A stretch of DNA of 64,000 nucleotides, from IMG/VR virus record IMGVR_UViG_3300021431_000113, positions 1-64,000 of that record. The stretch is one strand, 5' to 3'. Positions 25,115 through 32,943 of this stretch are shown here, in pieces. The position numbers and the translations under genes were made by a program. This DNA is from a virus. Taxonomy: Duplodnaviria > Caudoviricetes. Numbering within the stretch: position 1 is the first letter of the stretch; the number at the start of each line of letters is the position of its first letter. A model generated the notes under the pieces. That model saw nothing but the letters and a program-made list of their open reading frames with translations, ran no database searches and was not told the origin of the DNA.

Positions 25115-25259
25115 AACTTTTTTTTGAGATTTCTCTCTGTAAGGTCTCCGTTGGTAGTTAGCTTCTTTCTGAATCCGACCCCGTCCAAGCCGAACCCCTA
25201 CTTTCACTAGCTAGAGCAACTATCTCACTGAAAGGTTTCTGCCTTACTTCCCTTTCTGT
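25115..25259 (-). ncRNA. candidate ~140-nt structured RNA
   Basis: Promoter TTGACT-N17-TATATT; GTAAGG/CCTTAC and TAGTT-GCT/AGC-AACTA helices; no RBS-linked ORF. Confidence 0.4.
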
Positions 25260-25303
25260 AATTATAATATACCACATCTTCCTACAGAAGTCAAGTAAAA
25301 TAT

Positions 25304-25333
25304 TGCACAAAATTATAGGATGAAATTTGTACA
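25304..25333. promoter_or_regulatory. operator TGCACAA-N16-TTGTACA
   Basis: Inverted half-sites between divergent promoters. Confidence 0.72.
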
Positions 25334-25440
25334 GTTTGTACAACAAAAAACACTTGACAAATTTGCCGACCTGTGATATAATGAAATCGCGGCAGGCTCG
25401 CGACAAGGACGCCCGCGAGCCTGCCGCCAACTAAAAAGGT

Positions 25441-25749
25441 CTAGCAGTAAGCTAGACCCATGTCACGCCATCTCAGAACGCTTATCTGATTGCATGCTCT
25501 GCCAATTTCCATCGCTTCGCGCTTTGTGTTAACTCTGTGGCTAAGGTCTATATAATAGACACCATCTGCAAACCAGATTCCGCAGTTTCCGCCATATGCT
25601 TTTATCATCTGCATAGCTTCGCGAATATCTGTAGTTTCTTTTCCCTCTGTTGCTACTTGCCAACCGGTTTTATATACTATAGGCTTGCCATTTTTAAGAG
25701 TAAGTCCACCATTGTTTGTTATCTTTTTAAGTGTTCTTATATTTATCAT
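25441..25749 (-). CDS. hypothetical protein
   Basis: GAGG RBS, own promoter. Confidence 0.75.
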   Translation of the reverse strand: MINIRTLKKITNNGGLTLKNGKPIVYKTGWQVATEGKETTDIREAMQMIKAYGGNCGIWFADGVYYIDLSHRVNTKREAMEIGRACNQISVLRWRDMGLAYC

Positions 25750-25840
25750 TTTGAGTTCCTCTCTTTCCTTTATCTTATGTATACATTATAGCATTTTTGA
25801 TCCGGTTTGTCAACACTTTTTTTAAATATTTCTTTGAGGT

Positions 25841-26008
25841 TTAACCCTCAAAGAAATATTGATTTTCTGCGTTCATGATAATAATTTCTCTAATGTTGAA
25901 AAGTGCTTTTTCTTTTCTGTAAAAGTCAAATACTGCGCAAGCCTGATGTCTATTTGTTGTTGCAAGTATTGTATCTCCATTGATTATTACTTCATAAGTT
26001 CCGTTCAT
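25841..26008 (-). CDS. hypothetical protein
   Basis: Start reset to MNGTYEV. Confidence 0.62.
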   Translation of the reverse strand: MNGTYEVIINGDTILATTNRHQACAVFDFYRKEKALFNIREIIIMNAENQYFFEG

Positions 26009-26098
26009 GTTATCCACCCTATCCCCTCTTTTAGGGGTTCCTTTCCTTTTTTCTGATTTAATAATATCATTTTTTCTAGTATTTGTCAAGCAAAATTT

Positions 26099-26138
26099 TG
26101 CACAAAAAACACAAATTTTATGAATTTATTTTTGTGCA
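26099..26138. promoter_or_regulatory. operator with duplicated left half-site
   Basis: TGCACAA 26099, ACACAA 26109, TTGTGCA 26132. Confidence 0.68.
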
Positions 26139-26269
26139 ATTTTTTATCATTTTTCTACTTGACAAATGCCGTTCTCATGTGGTATAATATTTCGACACTG
26201 AAGCGGAAACGACGCTCTAACCGGTAAAAAGCTTGCCTTGTGGTGATTCAAGGCAAGCTTTCCGCATTT

Positions 26270-26521
26270 TTAATATATTTTTATGAAGTTATTTCTGCAA
26301 ATTCTGTAACCATCTTTATAGTTTCTATCATAAGTTCTAGCTTTTTTCGGTTCGAGTGCAACTTCTTCATTTGTTATCATGTTGATTATTTTTACTTCAT
26401 AATTTTCATCTTTATTATTTCTTGCTATCATTCTAGCAATTTCGATGAACTCTTCATTTTCTACTATTGTTGTTACTTCTTTAGTTTCTTTATTTATTTT
26501 GATTACTTTGTATTTTCTCAT
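26270..26521 (-). CDS. hypothetical protein
   Basis: GAGG RBS, own promoter. Confidence 0.72.
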   Translation of the reverse strand: MRKYKVIKINKETKEVTTIVENEEFIEIARMIARNNKDENYEVKIINMITNEEVALEPKKARTYDRNYKDGYRICRNNFIKIY

Positions 26522-26627
26522 TTTGTTTTCCTCTCTTTCCTTTTTCTTGTCTTTATTATAGCATCTAGAGAGTTAATTGTCAAGCACTTCTTAAAAAATT
26601 TTTTTATTTTTTTGTATGTAGTTAGCC

Positions 26628-26792
26628 TTAGTTAACTACATACATTTTATCATTCATGTTATCCTTTATTGTAACAACTCCGTCAGTAACCTTTGCCATA
26701 CCTTTAGCTACTTCCATAGCATCATTATAATCGTTATAACTTTCTACCTTAGTTCCCTCTGTTGTTCTTACTGTTACCATGTATCTTCTCAT
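26628..26792 (-). CDS. small hypothetical protein (54 aa, below cutoff)
   Basis: MRRYMVTVRTTEGTKVESYND...YVVN*; promoter upstream. Confidence 0.6.
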   Translation of the reverse strand: MRRYMVTVRTTEGTKVESYNDYNDAMEVAKGMAKVTDGVVTIKDNMNDKMYVVN

Positions 26793-26980
26793 CCTTGTAC
26801 ACCTTAGCCTTGCCGGTTTCCTTTCCTTTATCTTATGTATACATTATAGCATTTTTTGTCTAATTTGTCAATAGTTTTTTTATAATAAATTTTTGTTTTT
26901 TATATTAAATTTCTGTCTTTTGCAAAAAACAAAACTTTTGCTTTGCATCGCGAAAAACAAAAATTGTGCAAAAACGCAGA

Positions 26981-27130
26981 TTAGCAGTTAGGCATACTTA
27001 CCCTCAGTTAGACTTGCTTAACCCTGGTTAAACTACCTTACCTACAGCTAAGTATGCCTAACCCAAGTTAAGCTTCTCTAACTGTAGTTAACTGTGCTTA
27101 ACTGCTATTAGCAGTGACTAACAGCTATTA
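26981..27130. repeat. 15 x 10-bp phased degenerate array, (T/C)TA at every tenth base
   Basis: Fifteen consecutive decamers end in TTA or CTA; includes IR GTTAGGCATACTTA/TAAGTATGCCTAAC. Confidence 0.9.
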
Positions 27131-27619
27131 GCCAAACCGAACCGAAAAATCTGCAACCCTGTGCAGAACTAAATCCCGGCGCGCTGTGACCAACACCGCG
27201 CCGAGCAGCCATGTGAGTTGTTTCACATCATAAGTAAAACTTTTATCTAAATAAAAGAAAAGTTTTATATCAATTAATTTGATTCACAAAACTTTTCTTC
27301 TTTTATCAATTTACATTTGTTATTTGTATTATTATTTGATGTGTGTTTGATTGAAACAATCAAAACAAATCTATTATTCAATCAATTATGTGTTGCTCAT
27401 ATTTTGCTCCCCGTACAAAAGGCATTGCCCTCGTTCAAATAATCATCGAGGTCCGCAATGTACCTTTTAAAAATTTCTGGTTGACCTGACTGGGGGGTAG
27501 GGTTTTGGGATAAAAAATTTTTTAATTCACAAAAGTCGTATTGGCACGTCCATTCCCAGAGAAAATAAACTTAAAAACCGAATAACGAAAATTATATTTT
27601 CCCGACCTAACACGGAGTG

Positions 27620-28225
27620 CTAATAATATTTTTTCTCTAAATTTCCATCTATATGTTTTCTATCTTTCCCAAAATTAGCTTTTTCTAAATCTCCATCTAA
27701 AATAGTTCCTTTTATATACTCATGTAAATAAATTACTCTAATATCAAAATCTGTTCCCATAAACATATTCATAATAATATCTTTTACATCTTGCCAAGTA
27801 AAACCTGCAGCATCCCGTGGAGTACTAATTCTAGGTAAAGCAATTTTCATAATATTTTGTTCTTCTGCAATTTCTTTCATGTGCGCGAGTGCTAACTCTA
27901 CATTGCGGAGAGTCGGTAATTCATATTGCTTGTTTTTAACCACTAAATTAAAAATATGATTATTATTACTTAATATACAATAACCTTTTCCATTCCAAGT
28001 TAAAATATGATGTTGTTTTATGTCATCGCGGACTGAGTATCTTTTTTGAAAGAACTTACTTAGTCCCACGTCAAAGCGGCTGCTCGCGCCTATCCAATGC
28101 GCAAGAGCATAATCATTTTCATAATCAAATAAATTTCCTGGTGTTTCATTTATTTGACCTCCCGCAATCCTATGTTGTGGCTGTTCCTCTTGTTTTAATT
28201 GATTTTCTATATATTTACTATACAT
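27620..28225 (-). CDS. divergent macrodomain, TARG1/DarG-like
   Basis: GNLF, LAHWIGAS, FNLVVK, LPTL, IALPRI..RD..FTW..VKDII mirror GDLF/LAHCISAD/FNLVTK/IAMPRIGCGLDGLDW. Confidence 0.72.
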   Translation of the reverse strand: MYSKYIENQLKQEEQPQHRIAGGQINETPGNLFDYENDYALAHWIGASSRFDVGLSKFFQKRYSVRDDIKQHHILTWNGKGYCILSNNNHIFNLVVKNKQYELPTLRNVELALAHMKEIAEEQNIMKIALPRISTPRDAAGFTWQDVKDIIMNMFMGTDFDIRVIYLHEYIKGTILDGDLEKANFGKDRKHIDGNLEKKYY

Positions 28226-28300
28226 TTAAATGTACCTCTTTTATTTTCTTATGATAATTATATCAAAATTTTTTATTTTTGTCAAAACTGTTTAAAGCAG

Positions 28301-28329
28301 TTGACAAGATGAAAAATTTTTGGTATAAT
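28301..28329 (+). promoter_or_regulatory. sigmaA-type promoter at start of plus-strand module
   Basis: TTGACA-N17-TATAAT with TG; divergent minus promoter nearby. Confidence 0.75.
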
Positions 28330-28359
28330 ATGTATATAGAGTTCAGAAAGGAGTTCTTA

Positions 28360-29490
28360 ATGAAAGAAAATAAAAACACAGCGGGCGCGCCTCAACAAGA
28401 TTATATCAAATTAGATTATACTTTAGAGACACCTGAAGAAAGAAATGAACTTGTTAAGAAGATTATTGAAAATACTCCTCCAGAAAAACTCACTAAAAGA
28501 TATTTAGAAGCGATGGGTAAATACATAGTATCAGCATTTAAGAAAGATATATCAGAACACAGAATTTTAACAGATAGTAGATGGAATAGTACAATTAAAG
28601 TAAGAGAAGTAAGTTTAGAAGGATTATCAGCTTCTTTTGAAAGTAAATATAGTGATGGCGGGAAAAACAGTTCAGCAGAAGATTATATCTATAACCTAGT
28701 AATTGAAAATGATAAAAATGTAATTCTTACTCCAAAGAGAAAAATTACAGAAGAAGAAATTAAATCAAACCCAGAATTAAAAAAGATTCATGATGAAATT
28801 CTTCGATTAGAAAATCAGGTATTTCCTCTCGCACAGGGAAAACAAAAGTATTCAGTAAAAGAAAATATTAAAACTTTATGGAAAGACATGTATGTCGTGT
28901 TTGCGGCGGACAAAAAATTTATCAATTGTGTTAACAGTATTAAAACAGCAAACAAATTAGATATATATGAAAATATAACAATTGATAAAGATGGCGGGTT
29001 GCAGGTCGATGCTAACATTAGCCTTCTTGTGCCTAAACACGTAAGCGCGCTCTTATGCAGTTATTCAAAGCTTAAAGAAAATGCCTATGGTCAATTTACA
29101 TCAGATATTTATTATACAATGATGGCTCTTGATGAATTAGTTGAAGAAGCTTTAGAAGATTATCCTCTTTATAAAGATTTACTAATCTATAAGATTGATG
29201 GATTACAAAATATAGAAATTCAAAAGAAACTTGAAGAAGATCATGGTATTAAATATTCAGTTGAATATATTTCATCCTTATGGAGAAATAAAATTCCTAA
29301 ACTTATTGCGGAAACAGCTGAAAAAAGATGGTTAGTTTGGCATTACACTGAAGAAGAGAGCGGGCAGTGGAAAAAGTGTAGCAGATGTGGTTGTATAAAA
29401 CTTGCACATCCTAAATTCTTTTCAAAAAATAAAAGCAGCAAAGACGGATATTATAGTATTTGCAAATGTTGTAGAAATAAAAAGAAATGA
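28360..29490 (+). CDS. hypothetical protein with HTH-like segment and C-terminal Zn finger
   Basis: DGLQNIEIQKKL...VEYISSLW; KKCSRC...SICKCC; start reset by AAGGAG RBS. Confidence 0.65.
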   Translation: MKENKNTAGAPQQDYIKLDYTLETPEERNELVKKIIENTPPEKLTKRYLEAMGKYIVSAFKKDISEHRILTDSRWNSTIKVREVSLEGLSASFESKYSDGGKNSSAEDYIYNLVIENDKNVILTPKRKITEEEIKSNPELKKIHDEILRLENQVFPLAQGKQKYSVKENIKTLWKDMYVVFAADKKFINCVNSIKTANKLDIYENITIDKDGGLQVDANISLLVPKHVSALLCSYSKLKENAYGQFTSDIYYTMMALDELVEEALEDYPLYKDLLIYKIDGLQNIEIQKKLEEDHGIKYSVEYISSLWRNKIPKLIAETAEKRWLVWHYTEEESGQWKKCSRCGCIKLAHPKFFSKNKSSKDGYYSICKCCRNKKK

Positions 29491-29499
29491 GGTGACTAA

Positions 29500-30753
29500 A
29501 TGGCAACAGCCACAAAGAAAAAATGTACTTGTTCACGCTGCAAAAAGACTATGTCTGATATAAAATTCTATACACATAAAGATGGTTCAAAAGATGATAT
29601 GTGTAAAGATTGTTTATGTGCTCATGTAAATAACTTTGAACCTGATACATTCTTATGGATATTAAAAAGAATGGATGTCCCATATATTCCTTCAGAATGG
29701 AATGTATTGCGGGACCGCAAGTATCAGGAGGACCCAAACAAGGGTACTGGCGGACCTGCGGTGATGGGTAAATATCTTGCTAAGATGAAATTAAAACAGT
29801 GGTATGATAAAGAAACTGGAAAACCTTATACTTGGGAAGATTCAGAAAGATTGCAGGCTGAATATAGTCAAGAACCAGAATTAACAGAAGAACAAAAGGC
29901 AGAAGAAGAAGCTCATGAACAAGAGATAAAAGATATGTATGAAAAAGGTGAGATTTCTGAAGCTGAATATAAAACTTTAACATCCACAGAATCTCAATTT
30001 AAAGATGCGGCGACCCTGTTCCCAGGAGCATCGGACATCAGTAATGCAGATGGAGGGTTCGACTTCGACTCTCAGTACATGTCTGAAGATGAATTACCAG
30101 ACCCTGCTGCAGGACTTACAACAGAAGATAAGATTTATCTTGCTATGAAATGGGGTAGGTTATATAAACCAAACGAGTGGGTTATACTTGAACAGAAATA
30201 TACAGAGATGATGAACTCATTTGATATTCAAGATGCGGATAGTAGAAATACACTTATTCTCTTGTGTAAAACTGATTTAAAAATGAATCAGGCTATTGAC
30301 TGCGGAGATGTTGATGGTTATCAGAAATTATCAAGAGTAAGTGATAATTTAAGAAAGTCTGCAAAATTTACCGCAGCACAAAATAAAGATAAGGATAATG
30401 AACAAATTGATTGTGTTGGTGTATTAGTTGCAGTATGTGAACGTGAAGGTGGATTTATTCCAAATACATTGGTTGATGTAAATGAAGATATGATTGATGT
30501 AAGTATAAAAGACACTCAAAAATACTTACATAATCTTGTAACTAAAGACTTAGGTTTTGGTCAGCAGATTGAGAATTACTTAAAGAAAATACAATTAGAG
30601 CATGATAATATTGAAGCTATGGAAAACATGGAAGAAGAAGAATTAACAGATGAAAATATAGCAGAATATTACGAAAGAATAGAAGAAGAAAAAATAGAAG
30701 ATTCTCAAATAACTCAAGAATCAAACGCTTATAATAGAAAGGATGAAGAATAA
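29500..30753 (+). CDS. Zn-finger protein, possible terminase small subunit
   Basis: CSRC...CKDC N-terminus; translationally coupled (TAATG) to terminase large subunit. Confidence 0.5.
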   Translation: MATATKKKCTCSRCKKTMSDIKFYTHKDGSKDDMCKDCLCAHVNNFEPDTFLWILKRMDVPYIPSEWNVLRDRKYQEDPNKGTGGPAVMGKYLAKMKLKQWYDKETGKPYTWEDSERLQAEYSQEPELTEEQKAEEEAHEQEIKDMYEKGEISEAEYKTLTSTESQFKDAATLFPGASDISNADGGFDFDSQYMSEDELPDPAAGLTTEDKIYLAMKWGRLYKPNEWVILEQKYTEMMNSFDIQDADSRNTLILLCKTDLKMNQAIDCGDVDGYQKLSRVSDNLRKSAKFTAAQNKDKDNEQIDCVGVLVAVCEREGGFIPNTLVDVNEDMIDVSIKDTQKYLHNLVTKDLGFGQQIENYLKKIQLEHDNIEAMENMEEEELTDENIAEYYERIEEEKIEDSQITQESNAYNRKDEE

Positions 30754-32498
30754 TGGCTTTAGCTGATTTAATGGAACTTTCTATTAATAAGTCTTATCAG
30801 AAAATAGGTATTTCTGATGAAAGAGTTAAAGCTTGCCTTCCTGAACTCAGGAGGGCTATTGCTTTTTATAGAATGTATCCAGATTTATATATTGACTTTT
30901 GTAATTCTTGCGCGAGTGAGAAACAGAAAGTGCTTAAATTGTATACTTATCAAAGGATATTCTTGCGTCAAGCAATGCGTTATCGACACGTGTATGCAGT
31001 ATTTCCACGTGCCTATTCTAAATCGTTTTTATCTGTCTTGGTTCTTATGTTAAGATGTATCTTTTATCCAGGATGCCACTTATTTGTTACTACTGGTGGT
31101 AAAGAACAAGCTACTGGAATAGTTAGAGAAAAAGCTGAAGAGCTTTGTAAACTTGTTCCAGGTCTTGCAAACGAAGTTAATTTTGACAGAGGTAAATCTA
31201 AATCTTCAAAAGAAGAATTTACTTTCTTATTTAAGAATGGTAGTATTCTTGATGTAATGGCATCTACACAACGTTCAAGAGGACGAAGAGCAACAGGTGG
31301 TCTTGTAGAAGAGGTTATTCTTGTTGATGGAACTATACTTAATGAAGTTATTATTCCTACTATGAACGTATCTAGATTGCTTCCTGATGGTAGTAGAAAT
31401 GATGATGAAATTATTAATAAGAGTCAAATATATGTTACTACCGCAGGATGGAAAAATACATTTGCTTATGAAAAACTTATGATGATATTACTTGAACAGA
31501 TTACTAAGAGCGAAAGTGCTTGCGTTATGGGTGGTACATGGCGCGTTCCGGTTGCAGAAGGATTGCTTGCTAAAAACTTCGTTCAACAATTGAAGTTAGA
31601 TGGAACTTATAACGATAGTTCATTTGGTCGAGAATATGAATCAGAATGGAGTGGGGATGCGGAAAATGCTTATTTCTCGTCAGAGATTTTTGACAAATAC
31701 CGTATCTTAAATCAGCCAGAATATGAATTCAGTGGCAGAAGTAGTAAATCTGCATATTATGTAATTGGCGTCGACGTTGGTCGTAAGGGGTGTTCAACTG
31801 AAGCAGTTGTTATTAAATGTACGCCGCAACCGCAAGGAAATTCATTGAAGTCTATTGTTAATATTTATTCATGGGAAGAAGAACACTTTGAACAACAAGC
31901 TATTAATTTAAAGAAATTATATTTTAAATATAAAGCAAGAACACTTGCTATTGATGCGAATGGTCTTGGTATTGGTTTAATTGATTATATGATAAAAGCA
32001 CAAATTGATCCAAAGACTGGAGAAACATTAGTTCCTTTCGGTGTAGATAATATAGATGAATATCCTGAATACAAGAAATATCGTACTCCTGAAACAGAGA
32101 AAGATGCTATGTATTTAATAAAAGCAAATGCGCCAATTAATACAGAAGCTCACTCTTATGTTCAAACACAATTATCAAGTGGTAAAGTTAAATTTTTAAT
32201 AGATGAAGTAACTGCAAAATTAAAGCTTATGGAAACAAAATTAGGTCAGGGTATGACACCTGAAAAGAGAGCTGAGTATTTAATGCCATTTACATTAACT
32301 ACTTCTTTAAGAGAACAGATGCTTAATCTTATTGAAGATAATGAGGGTGTTAATATTATTCTTAAGCAATCAAGTAAAACCACTCCTAAAGATAAATTCT
32401 CTGCTTTTGAATACGGTATGTTGTTTATTAAACGTGATGAAGAAAGACGTAAAAAGAGAAAAAATTTTAGCGTTTCTGACTTACTTCTTTTTAACTAA
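30753..32498 (+). CDS. terL: terminase large subunit
   Basis: Walker A-like PRAYSKS, Walker B-like LVEEV, RNaseH-like nuclease GVDVGR, IDANG, KDKFSA. Confidence 0.9.
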   Translation: MALADLMELSINKSYQKIGISDERVKACLPELRRAIAFYRMYPDLYIDFCNSCASEKQKVLKLYTYQRIFLRQAMRYRHVYAVFPRAYSKSFLSVLVLMLRCIFYPGCHLFVTTGGKEQATGIVREKAEELCKLVPGLANEVNFDRGKSKSSKEEFTFLFKNGSILDVMASTQRSRGRRATGGLVEEVILVDGTILNEVIIPTMNVSRLLPDGSRNDDEIINKSQIYVTTAGWKNTFAYEKLMMILLEQITKSESACVMGGTWRVPVAEGLLAKNFVQQLKLDGTYNDSSFGREYESEWSGDAENAYFSSEIFDKYRILNQPEYEFSGRSSKSAYYVIGVDVGRKGCSTEAVVIKCTPQPQGNSLKSIVNIYSWEEEHFEQQAINLKKLYFKYKARTLAIDANGLGIGLIDYMIKAQIDPKTGETLVPFGVDNIDEYPEYKKYRTPETEKDAMYLIKANAPINTEAHSYVQTQLSSGKVKFLIDEVTAKLKLMETKLGQGMTPEKRAEYLMPFTLTTSLREQMLNLIEDNEGVNIILKQSSKTTPKDKFSAFEYGMLFIKRDEERRKKRKNFSVSDLLLFN

Positions 32499-32550
32499 AA
32501 AATTTTGGACATTTTAGATAAAAGTTATTAGATTAATTTATATATACTAT

Positions 32551-32934
32551 ATGAATCGGGAAAGGAAAAAATATGTCATGAGAGCTAGTAGAGGAGAAAT
32601 TACAATAGAAGAAATTTTAACTGAAGCTGGATTAGATTTTCAAGAAGAGTATAGCTTTCCAGATTTATTATCTAATACAGGTCGTCCTCTTAGATTTGAT
32701 TTTGCGGTCTTTGATGACGAAGGAGATATTGATTTCTTAATTGAGTATCAAGGAATTCAGCATTATAAGCCAAAAGAAAAATTTGGTGGTATGCAAGGGT
32801 TAAGAAAGCAACAATTTAATGATATGAAGAAACGTGAGTATTGTCGCAAGCATAAAATTAAATTAATAGCTATTCCTTATACAGATGAATTCTTACTTAG
32901 TTATGATTATATTATGAAGAAAGCTGGTTATTAA
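32551..32934 (+). CDS. PD-(D/E)xK-type small endonuclease-like protein
   Basis: LRFDFAVF...IEYQGIQH...DMKKREYC. Confidence 0.7.
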   Translation: MNRERKKYVMRASRGEITIEEILTEAGLDFQEEYSFPDLLSNTGRPLRFDFAVFDDEGDIDFLIEYQGIQHYKPKEKFGGMQGLRKQQFNDMKKREYCRKHKIKLIAIPYTDEFLLSYDYIMKKAGY

Positions 32935-32943
32935 GGAGGATTA

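Noticed and set aside
24795-25430. ORFs 24795..25091 (+) and 25158..25430 (-)
   Set aside because: The first is antisense to tRNA-Lys with its nearest SD about 24 nt away; the second crosses promoters and a GC hairpin.
6501-28359. ORF-track N-terminal extensions (7187, 9234, 14134, 16126, 18067, 18961, 23013, 26089, 28279)
   Set aside because: They begin in promoter or intergenic sequence, often at the TTG of a -35 box; RBS-supported starts lie downstream.
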